Of a DNA stretch of 64,000 nucleotides, positions 24,001 to 36,200 are shown piece after piece. Numbering within the stretch: the stretch's first letter is position 1; every line of letters begins with the position of its first letter. This DNA comes from Lytechinus pictus (lineage: Eukaryota): assembly GCF_037042905.1 (NCBI RefSeq), contig NC_087252.1, positions 14,944,001 to 15,008,000 of the forward strand, read 5' to 3'. The notes under the pieces were generated by a model, which had not been told where the DNA came from, did not search any database, and saw only the letters and a list, made by a program, of their open reading frames with translations. A program made the position numbers and the translations under genes.

Positions 24001-27000
24001 AAGTGCAAAGTTTTTTTTCCAGACCTGCTTAATAAAACATTATAGTACAATTCCAAAGTCTTTTTCCAGACCCGGTTGTTTCAAAATTATAATATACGTC
24101 CAAAGTCTTTTTTCCAGACCCGGTTAATTCAAAAATTATAATGCAAGTCCAAAGTCTTTTTTCCAGACCCGGTTGTTTCAAAAATGATAATATACGTCCA
24201 AAGTCTTTTTTCCAGACACGGTTAATTAAAAAACTATAATATACGTCCAAAGTCTTTTTTCCAGACCCAGTTAATTAAAAAATTATAATATACGTCCAAA
24301 TTCTTTTTTCCAGACCCGGTTAATTCAAAAATTATAATATAAGTCCAAAGTCTTTTTTCCAGACCCGGTTGTTTCAAAAATTATAATGCAAGTCCAAAGT
24401 CTTTTTTTTTCAGACCCGGTCGTTTCAAACATTATAATATAAGTCCAAAGTTTTTTTTCCAGACCCGGTGTTCCAAAAGTTATAATATACATCGAAAGTC
24501 TTTTCTCCAGACCCGGTTAATTAAAAAATTATAATATACGTCCAAAGTCTTTTTTCCAGACCCGGTTAATTAAAAAATTATAATATACGTCCAAAGTCTT
24601 TTTTCCAGACCCAGTTAATTAAGACTGGTGGAAAAGTAACAAAGACCCCAACTCTCTTGTAAATATTAAATAACATGGAAATATAGCGTAGTCTTCCATC
24701 CATACCCAAATCTTTCAAATAACAAATGAATAATAATAATAATAAATTAGTAATAATAAAAAGAAAGCAACCAAGGACCCATGATCCTATTTATGTTGAA
24801 TAACATGGACATATAGCGTAGTCTTTCCTCCAGACCCAGATCTTTCAAGTAAGAAATGATGGATAATGAAAATAAATTAGTATTAATTAAAAAAAAAAGC
24901 AAACAAAGAACCACGATCCTCTTTATGATGAAAAAATGGAAATATAGCGTAGTCTTTCCTCCAGACCCAGTTATAAAAGTCATTTAAAACACAACAAAAC
25001 AAAGACCCTGCAATCAACATTGAATAACATGGAAATATGATGTAGTCTTTCCTCCAGACCCAATTATTTCAAAATAACCAAAATCACTAAAAAAGAATAA
25101 CAGAATCTAAGGCCCAACTATCCTTCAAACTAAGAACCTTCAATAAATAAAAGTTTAGAGAGTTTTCTTTATTCCAGACCTTGTCATTTCAAAAATAAGA
25201 TAAATGAAATCCTCATAACTAAGACTCAATCATATTCTTGTGCCTGTTCAACATTAATAAGATGATTGGGGGAGTATTTCATCAACATTTATGTCCGACA
25301 AGTTGTCAGATGTGACAACTGTTCTTGATGTTGATTGGCTAAGAAGCAGTGCTACCAGTGTCGGATAAAACGTCAGACAACTCCTTTCATGAAATGCTCG
25401 CCGGGCTCTAAGTTTTGATTTTTTTTTTTTTATTATAAATTTCTTTGCCTGGAAGAAAAAATGAATTACATCATTTATTACAGGATGTTAGGCTGGAAGA
25501 GGGTTAATTTTTTTTTGTTCTGTTTTTTTTTTTTTTTAATAAACTGGTCTGGTCAAATTAAGTATGCGTTATCACAAGGGTTTTATAGTTTGTAAGATGC
25601 TGGGGTCTAAGTTTTAAGATTAATGTTTTGCTTAATTTGTATTTTAAAGAGAACTGGGTGAGGGGTAAAGACAACACTCTAAGCCCAAGCATTTTAAGTA
25701 GGTTTAATTTTGAAAATTGGTCTTAGCTGTGATTTTTTTTTCAATATTTGTTTATCTTTTAAATAACCGGGTCTAGACGAAAGACTAAGCATTTTTTTTT
25801 AACCCACCATGGGCATTTATTATATACATAATTGAACATTCAAAATCACATCACATGCTTACATATTTCTTTTTCAAACAAATATTCCAAATTAAATTCT
25901 CGACAATCTTTTCCTGTTTTATTTCTTATAAGTATACATTTATAAATGCACCAAAAAGCAATTGTAAGAAATGAATCAAGTCTGGTTTCTTTGTAAGCCT
26001 TGAGTAAATGCAGTTCTGTTATTTGAAGGTCGACATTGTATTCAAACTTAGCTACTGTTGTCAAATAAGAAAAGAATCTCTTATTTAGCTTACACTCAAC
26101 GAAAGCATGTACATTATCTTCGTCCACGTAACAATGTGGGCATCTCCCATCTGTTACAGCATTCCATTTAAACAAATTCTTTCTTACTGGCAATAAATTA
26201 TATATAAATTTAAAGTTGAATTCTTTCAGTTTATTTTCTTTACAGTGACACAAGTTTCTTTTAAAAGTTTTTGTCCAATCTAATGGTGACCCTATTATCT
26301 GTTCCCAATACAAATAGCATCTGTTAGTGCTCGATGAATCTAAGGATAATAGTCTATAGAATTGTTTGCTTGAAATATCATGAATATTTTTTATTTGATT
26401 TTTTGTTCCTACATCTACTTTGGGAAGCTCTAATGAAGGTTTATTATTGCGGTTAGTACAATGTGTTGTAATATCATTTATCCAAATTTTAGGGATAGCC
26501 TGACGTAATAAAGTGTAATCAAATATCAATCTTTGCTTACTCTTCTGCGATTTAAGAAGGGAATGAATCTCCATTGTAGGTAAGAAATTTCCATTCCTGA
26601 GAATATCTTTCAAAAATACTATCCCAGATTTATACCATCCTTCAAAAAATAGGGTGATGTTACGAAAGGTTACATTTTTATTGTGCCACAAAATTTCGTA
26701 TTGTATACCATGTACTTTAGGGTGATATTTTAAACAAACATTATTTTTTATCTTTAACCAGGCCTGTAATATTTCAATGTAAAAGACTGGAAGATTGTGC
26801 TTGCATATATGTTTTATATTCCAAGCATCAAAGTCTGAATTAAGGAGTAGTTTCAAACCACCTAAAATATTAAACCAATAAAGGCTGAATTTACACCACA
26901 TTCCTTTACTAGACGCAAGAGTGCGCCCCAGCCATCTTAGTCGAAAGCTCAATTTTTGGGTATATAGATCAATCATGTTGACCCCTCCATTGTCTAGTTT

Positions 27001-30000
27001 GTTGGTCATTATAGTTCTTTTCACTTTTTCAATCTTTGTTTGCCAAATAAAAGTATATATTAAAGAATTCAGTCTTTTTAACATTTTCTCAGGAATAATA
27101 TCAACCATGAGAATATGTACTAACTGACTTAAACCTAGAGTTTTGACAATGGTTACTCTTCCAAAAATAGTAAGCTTTCTTTTTCTCCAATTATCTAATA
27201 ATCTTTGCAATTTCGTTAGTTTATTTTCCCAGTTCATTTTACGTGCTTTTTCTATATCAGGTGAGATGTAAAACCCTAAGTATTTTGTAGGAATATCTGT
27301 CCATGATAGACCAATATCATTGAGTGACCATTTGGATTTACTTCTCCCTACCCACATGATCACTGTTTTAGTTTTATTAAGTTTTGGACCTGCTACATTC
27401 CCAAATAACTCAAGTTCTACATTTATCAATTCTAGTGATCTTTTATCTAACACAAAGAACAGGGTATCGTCAGCATATTGTAGTACTTTAACCTCACAAT
27501 TATCTTCTGGTTTAAAAACAGGTATACCTCTTATGTGTTCATTATTTCTTATTTTGTTAGACATAAATTCTGCTGCGAGGACAAAAAGTAATGCTGAAAG
27601 TGGACAACCTTGTCTGATTCCTCTTTGTAATGAAAAGGACTCTGATATCCAGCCATTTACTAATACAGAGCTTCGAATATCTGTGTACAATATTTTTATC
27701 CATGTCTGGAAAATCTGGAAAAAAAAAAGACTAAGCATAATACTCGTGTTATTCCACAAGAATAAGAATATGACAAAGTCTTTTGTTTTTAAGATTGTTT
27801 AAATCATTTTTTAACTTCTGGGTCTGGAATAAAGACAACGCTCTAAACATGTGCTTTTCTACATGCATGGTCTTAATTTGGAGGATTGTTGGTTCTAAGA
27901 TTCGTTTTGGGGAGTTGGGTTTTATTGATTTTTTATTCTGGAAATAATTGCATCTGGAGGAAAGTCGATCTTCGACAATCGGTCTTCATGTTATTCCACA
28001 GTAATTAGATTATAGGGTATTCGTTTTAGAATATTTGTTAAAACTATTTCATTTTTTTCAAATAATAACCAGGTCTGGAGAAAGGATGTTTGCTTTACCC
28101 ATGCATTATTACAATGTTTTGTAGGGGTCGTATTATTATTTAAAAAACTGGGTGTGGGGTAAAGACATATTTTTTTACTGGGTGAAATCTTTGAAAATTG
28201 GTCTTAGATTTGAAGTTTTTAAAACTTTTTTTAGTACCCGGGTCTGGAGGAAAGACTTTGGACTAATATTGTAATTGTTTGATTATCCAGGTCTGGAAAA
28301 AAGACTGTGCACGTTTGTGCTATATGAACGCATTGCTATAGGGTTTAGTTTTTAGTTTTAAGTAACCGGGTCTGGAGAAAAGACTATGCTTGATTCTCTT
28401 AGCGCATATATTCACAATATACGCCGTATAAGTTGAAACAACAACAAAAACATTAATTCCACTAGTTTTAATTAACTGGGTTTTGGAGAAAAGACTAAGC
28501 TCGATTCTCATTTTTATTCCACTGGAATATCATTATCGTACCTTAGTATGGACTTATATTATAATTTTTGAAATAAACGGGTCTGGAAAAAGACTTTGGA
28601 CTTATATTAAATTTTTTGAAACAACCAGGTCTTTAAAAAAGACTTTGGACTTGCATTATAATTTTTGAATTAACCGGGTCTGGAAAAAAGACTTTCGATT
28701 TATATTACAATTTTTGAAACAACCGGGTCTGGAAAAAAGACTTTGGACGTATATTATGATTTTTTTAACAACCGGGTCTGGAAAAAAGACTTTGGACTTA
28801 TATTATAATTTTTGAAACAACCGGGTCTGAAAAAAAGACTTTGGACTTGCATTATAATTTTTGAATTAACCGGGTCTGGAAAAAGACTTTGGACGTATAT
28901 TATAATTTTGAAACCACCGGGTCTGGAAAAAGAATTTGGACTTGTACTATAATGTTTGATTAACCGGGTTTGGAAAAAAAAACTTTGCACTTTTGTGCTA
29001 TATGAACGCATTACTATAGGATTTTAGTTTAGAACGGACTCGCAAAAAATCCCTTCAAATTTATTACATTTGTGGGTAAAGTCATTATTACATTTGTGGG
29101 CGATCAAAAATTATTACATTTGTGGGTAAAGTGCATTATTACATTTGTGGGTGAAATTATTACATTTGTGGGTAAAGTGTTATTACATTTGTGGGCGTTG
29201 TTACATTTGTGGGTAAAGTGTTATTACATTTGTGGGCGTTATTACATTTGTGGGCGTTATTACATTTGTGGGCGTTATTACATTTGTGGGTGCAACAGAC
29301 CCCCCCCCCCCCGAAACTGACGCCAGTGTACCTTTTTCAGGATTACTCATCTCTATATATGTGACATACATAGACTCTACACATTTAAAATGTTGGGCAA
29401 CATACTGTCCACTGTGTTGGTTAATGCATGTTGGTTAAAAAAATATATATTCTGGGCAATTATTATCCAATTGAGCAAATTTATCACCCAATTATTATTT
29501 TTTATCCACTTTGGACAGACTTCAACCAATAGTTTTATGGACAGTATCTTGCCCAGGGTTGTTTAAAACTTTGCCATTTTTGCTCAACTATTTTAAGAGT
29601 CAACAATCAAGTTTTTGATATTCAAATTTTATGACGAGTAGGATTCATTAAAAAAAGATAAATAAATCATAACTATAATACCATGCAGTGGACACATATT
29701 TTTGTTAATTTTTTTCGGTTGTACCTGAATAGAAGGAGTAAACAGACAAACATAATCCCCAAAATATTCAGGTTTACGGGGATTTCTTTGTTAACGTCAT
29801 ATCACAACCCACGAATATAAGCTTCTCACAATTATGAGCAATACAATGGGATTTCGAAACCTCACATGCGAATGGTTTGTACAGTATTCGCTGTCACGCT
29901 GTACTGTGTGTACAATGATTACAGACATGGCTTGTTAGCTGTAGCACGAGCTCGAGCAAAGTCCAAAAGCCGCAAAATATCTTTATGATGTTTAAATGAT

Positions 30001-33000
30001 GTGAATAGAAACATGTATATTAATGGACACGAGCGCCAGAAATGAATATATCCATATGAGCTGCACCGTGTAACCCCCGGGGTGTAACCTTAACATCTAC
30101 GGGCTATGCCTAATGCGAGATGCGAGAGTTGTTGATCGTCGTGCACTAGGGGTCGCGGAGCCCGGACTGGCGGGGGTAATAACCAGGTACCAAACAAAGA
30201 AAATTATCGATCCCCAAAAGACAAGCAGAATCTTTAGAGATAATGTATAATCAAATATAATTTGAAAAAAGTAACTTTGAAAACATCGTGGTTTTGTGTG
30301 AGTTTTTTTTTTGGGGGGGATGCATTGCATATATTCCTAAGAGGAAAAATAAAATGTATATTCAAACATTAAAGCATTGAAAGTAAAAGTATTTTTATAA
30401 AATCCAATGGCATATGTATATATATATATATATACATATATACATGTATATATATAATGTAAGCAGACAGCTACTCATTAACATGACTCTTCTGTCTTGT
30501 GACAGATACGTATACGAAATTAGAAAATACAGAACAATTGGGCGTTGCTGATATAAACCAAAAATGTGTGGTCTATATCAGCAACGTCCAATTGTTTTGT
30601 CCTAATTTCGTCTACAATTATATTTTGAAAGAAATTAATGAAGATAATATACATTATTGGAGTTTGTAGGCCTTAGTATAGTGAGCCTATTTTGATGATG
30701 GTCAAGAACAAGATATGAATTTGACACTTTTCCTTCCAGATACCGTTCAAGCTTCTGAAAATATTCCCGACAATAAAGTCTGGACACCGCCAACAGCAAC
30801 TTTCTTCTATGGCCAACAGAAGGCGAACATCACCTGTAAATTTCGAGGGACCCCCTACGCGGTTTACTGGATGAAAGGTGTGTTTTCCTCCTTTGGGTAA
30901 TACCGGTGTTGACCTCTTTATTTAAGAAATTCGATCTGACTATCATGTTCTGTCAATTGCTTAATGTTACGGAGAGGACACTTTTGGACAGAATTTGATA
31001 TGGCAACATTTGAACGTGAATTGTCTGAAGAGTACGTGGAAGTGGGTGCAGTGAGCATTCTACGTTTGTTGCATATATACAAATGTTCTTACAAGGAAAA
31101 AAAACATTAATCAAGTAACATCTAACAATGAATAAAAACATCGCATTCGGAAAGAATCAGGCGCGTAGCCAGGGGGGGCGGTGGGGGCGGTCACCCCCCC
31201 CCCCCAAAAAAAAAAAAAAAAAACGTCCCCAAAAAGAAAAAAAGAAGGGAAAAAAGAGAGGAGAAAAGGAAAAGGGAAGGGAGGAAAAGGAAGAAAGGTA
31301 GCTTTGTGTTTTTGGGGTTTTTTTATTCTTTTTTTTTCTCAAAAGAGAAACTCCTTCACTCTTGCTCTAAATTTATGATTATGAATTTTGCTTCCGCGCT
31401 GCACGCGGTTAAATGAAAATATTGAAGATCTCCATTGTTTCCCCCACCCTTTCTCTAACCCTGTTTTTCTACCTCAGCTATATGTGTTTATTGCCAGTTA
31501 AAGTTCAAATGTATACATTAGGGCATGGAATTAGAGTAAGGTTAGGCCGAAGTATATGAAGTTATCTTTTTTTTAATTGATCGCGCAACTTCTGGTCGGG
31601 TCGGCTCCGGGCGGGTAAAATCTTTATATCAATTTCTGCCGTCACCTCCATAAAGTCAACTTCTCCCGCTTTTCAGCTCATTACTAAACAACCATAATTT
31701 TTGGGGCAAACAGGTTCCTAATCCAAAAAGAGGAAGGTATAAAATTCGTATCGTATAAGGGTATTAAATAAAAAAGTACAATATTTTTTTATCAAATTCT
31801 ATTCAACTTCATGTCATTTCCCTGTACATTCATCTCCTGTCCTGTTTTTCGCCCTCAGTTTGAAATTTTGAATGACTCTTAAGTTTCTTTATAATTCAAA
31901 ATGAAGCGCTTCAGGATAAGTCAAAGAAATTAGGCATCCTTTTTATATAATTTCAATAAATCACAGAAGTTTCAACTTTTTGCGCACTATTTTCCTTTTA
32001 ATGAAGTTCAATAATCTTAGAAAATTAATTGAATTAGAGCCGATGGGGTATTGGAGATATTTGCATTATTTTGATGAAACATCCGCCCTTTGAAATTTCA
32101 GAGTTTCGTTGCTCTGCGCGGGGAGAAATATCTTCCTCCTGGCATATACACTTCTTCTCTGTTTTGCGAGTTAAAGATATGCACTGTCGCTAAATTGTTT
32201 GTAATCAAATCTGATCTTTCCAAGGGAAGTATTCAATATATGTTTGAGAATATCCTTTTCTCGGGACCCTTTTCATGGCAAAAAAAATGATAAAACGCTT
32301 TAGCTTCCGCACTTCGCGCGGGGTTATTATCATTTTAATTTCCTCCATTGTATTCCTTTTTTGTGCGTTCACAATCTTTTTTGAAAACAAGGTTCATGAA
32401 AACCAGGTTCAAAATCACAATATAGTCAACTGAATTGGAGCTGATATAGATACTAGAGACAAGAGAGACGACTCCTTTTCATTTTAATTTATGAATCACC
32501 AAAAGCTTCGCGCTTCGCAAGGGAGGGGGAAACTCCCCCTCCCTGCACCCACCCCCTAGGGATCGCGCTTCGCGCGCTCTGTAAGCGTTGGCACGCTTCG
32601 CGTGCATTTACCGCCCCCTCCAAAATGAAATCCTGGCTACGCGGTTGGAAAGAATACTTTTGTACAGAATTGGCACCCCATTTTGGGGGTTGTAGTCTCA
32701 CGAATGAAGTACCTTTACATATTTGGGGTTTTTCAGTTTGTAAACAATTGCATTTCAATAATCCATTCTGATAAATTGGTAGGCCTATACCATTGCGTAT
32801 TGATTGCTTACAATAAAGATTCGAGGGCTCGAAATGGGGGACGAAGTGTCGCAAAATATTGAAATCCAAAAATGTGTACCTCTCAAACTCTTTCAAGGAA
32901 GCACTGCGGATACAGCGACCACCTTGATCTCACTGGTCAACGGAGAGGTAAAGAGACCAGCGTCTGATGCCGGATCGCTAAACATCGACGATGAGTATAC

Positions 33001-33193
33001 TCTGATATTTAACAACATTCAGGCTGGAGATGCAGGCAATTACATCTGTAGAGTTTCAAATTATAGAGGGTTCCTCATCGTTAATAACACGGACGTCAGA
33101 GTTCTGGGTAAGCTTGGAGTACACTTTATTTTCATATTAATCTTAAGTGAATATGGGAAGTTTATCCCTCGTTCTTTAATGCAATCATCGTTC

Positions 33194-33248
<55 letters not shown>

Positions 33249-36200
33249 CGATCAGTGGATGACTCATTTATCATCAAGCATCCCAAAACATTATTAACTG
33301 CCTGGGCAGGATAAGTATGACAGTTGTCTTCACCATTAAATAATCAGTAAAGAGTACAGTAAACATGAGAAGCATACACTGTAGACAAAATTTTGAAATG
33401 TTTGGCTTCCCATAATAGTAGCACATAGTTAGACCATGGTCTAAGTTAAACCCGACTTCAGAATACGGGCCATTATATCTAGTATCACATTTAACTGAAC
33501 CAGTCGCATGTCATCTTCTTCCAAATATCTCAAATACCTAGACCCTGATGTAGTCAGCATATTCACTGAGCCTAACATGACAGGATGGGCTGGATCTTCC
33601 ATCAGTATCCAGTGCACCTTCGTGGGCACCCCAGAACGGGTCCTATGGAACAGAGCTCAGAAAAACTCTGAGATCAACAGTGTAGAAACTGTCATGAGGT
33701 ACACAACTAATGGATATGAGGTCTTGGGCGATCGGAGATATACTTGGAGCAACAGCTTTGGCCTGATCATCAAGGATCTGCAGATCATGGACGAGGGCAA
33801 TTTCACCTGTATGGTCTCCAAGCCAGGGGGTACTGAAATTGAGAATACTACGGTCCTGAACGTAAACGGTGAGACTTCTATACCTATATCTTGGGAGCAA
33901 CATTACTTTTGTCCATAAGTTTAAAAAAAAGCTTGATTAATTTATTCAATGTACCAAGTGCCTTTGGGACTGGAGCTATTGCCGGAGTAATACAAACTGC
34001 GCCATTGAATAGGCAACTAGATAATCGGCGCCTCATAAATGCTATATTATTATTATTACCATCATTATTATTATTATTATTGTTTAGTGACGAGAGCAAA
34101 GCGTTGTTGGCCTATGGTTCTGACTCGCACCTTTAAAACCGAGGGTTGTGGGTTGTAGGTTCGAATCCCATCCATGGCGTAATTTCATTCAAAAAGAAAT
34201 TGATCCACAATGGGTTTCTGCATTCAGGTGAGGGAAAGTCTCTGCTCAAAAAGTTGTGAGCACCGGAATCGGTAGCCTGACTTAGATATAGACGGAGTAA
34301 TATTCGATCGCCTTGAGCACCTAAAAGGCGGGCATATATGAATGAATCATACACATCCTCTATTATTGTTAAGATAATTAGTTTGGTCAGCGAAAACATT
34401 ACAATCACAAGGAAGTTCGCTTTCAAAGGCATTACAATAAGATACATAAATGCACCATGTCCAACGTGGCAAAATTTCAACTTAAAAAAATATAATGTAT
34501 AAACTTATTTTGGAAAGATAAGCACACATCAAAGGGACACAATGAAATGTCATCAAAGTAATCGTAACAAAATTTTAAAAAGTGACTACTATTTCATCGT
34601 TTAATCATTACCCCGATGTTTTAGTTATTAATAAAATCAGATGTTCTTTTCTGATGACGAATGGTTGTTCAAAATGTGTTACTAGATATTTACTCAGCAT
34701 ATCTTGCTACCTCGTTCAAACTCAAGTTTAGACAATGGTGTGCAAAAGGATGGTAAATTTTAAGATTACCATCCTTACGTTATTATTATTACTTTCTAAT
34801 TAAAACTATCGTATTAAGTGTATATAACCTGTAATTTCTTTCTAATATATGTGCTGTATTTCATTTCATTTAGCTCGTGCTGAGAAGCCGTATTTTCAGA
34901 TCCCAGGGTGTAGTCATGATCCTGAGAGAGAAATGAATAAATCAACTCCTGAACCCTGTGAGATCAAGGTGTCCAAGGATGAGGAATTCTTTGATCTTCA
35001 GTGCTCAGTCATACGAGTCAAGCCACAGGTTGATCTGCTTTGGCAAGAAGGATCAAGGAACCTAACTGAACTTACACCAATCATCACAGCTAGGAAAGAT
35101 GGCGGATTTGACATCTCGGTCACACTTACTAGGCGGACGAAGCAAACCTCAACTCACCCAATGTCTTTCAAGTGCCTTGCGTCTGGGATAGCTGTCGATG
35201 GCACTGCAGAGCAAACTGTGATTGTTACAATCACAGAGCCAGAAGGTACGAAGGTTACCCAAAATATGAGAATAGGGAGTCTCCTAAGAAATGGAGCTAT
35301 AGAAATGTTCGTATTATTGTTACTATTTCTATTATTTTATTATTATCATCATTATGATTGCTTTTATCATTACCAATAGTAGTAGTATTGTTGTGATTAC
35401 TATTTTTATCATTAATGTCATTTTTCTTTGTGTGGTATTCAAGCACCCCCATCGAAATCGAAAGGACCACTGGTTGAAATCATTTTCATCGTCATCATTT
35501 TCCTGGCTATTCTTGTGTTTCTGATATTCATTGTTGTTAGGTGGTGGCAGTATCATCAAAGCCAAACTGAGTCAGGTAAATGCTTAGTATTTTATTCTTC
35601 TGTCTTTAATATTTGTCTTATCATATGTGATCATGATTATAAAGCTTTGTGTTCTATCATCCTGTTTCTCTATGATAACATATTATCCTTCTGTGAATTT
35701 ATTAGTTTTCTAGTATATAACTATCACGTATCATAAGTATTCACGTTTCAATATTGTCCATAGTAGAAAAGATTATCATTTCGCATATAGCTTGTAAACA
35801 AAAATCGAATAAAATAATCGTAGGTATGAAATCGACTAAAGTAACACCAGGGAAATGCTTCACATAGGTTTAAGTGTGACTTCAAGTTCATTTAAATTCC
35901 TCGTTGCGCGCTATAGGATTTAAAGGTATGTTTTGTTGTTGTTTTTGTTTAAGGTTACTCTGAGGTTGAGTCACAAGCCAATGGCGAACCGAGAAACAGA
36001 TTTGGCTTTAGATTGCCATTATCGAAAGGTAAATTTACTTGTGAATGATCTTGATTGACACATGATTTAAGATCACGGTCTCCCCAGTGTTCACAGTGTG
36101 GAACACAATGTGAAATCGCCTTCACATTGTTCAATTTGAGTATTTCAACAATGTGAATCACATAGTCGACCATGTGAACACGATGTGAACAGTCACACTG

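Larger units (their letters stand above)
23754..29297. mobile_element. Foldback-type DNA element with TGT...ACA ends, 5-bp TSD and ~0.8-kb TIRs made of tandem repeats
   Basis: TSD GACCC at 23749-23753 and 29298-29302; inverted arrays of CCCACAAATGTAATAA (23761-23932 / 29061-29290) and ~52-bp repeats (~24000-24620 / ~28545-28990). Confidence 0.88.

Noticed and set aside
23761..24620. CRISPR-like repeats with variable gaps
   Set aside because: Mirror-image arrays at 28545-29290 show these are transposon TIR substructure
27714..27759. N-terminal ~15 codons of the 637-aa ORF
   Set aside because: Derived from the host repeat beyond the LINE truncation point; not a true start
34092..34180. tRNA gene
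   Set aside because: B-box present but no complete cloverleaf; continues into a SINE-like body
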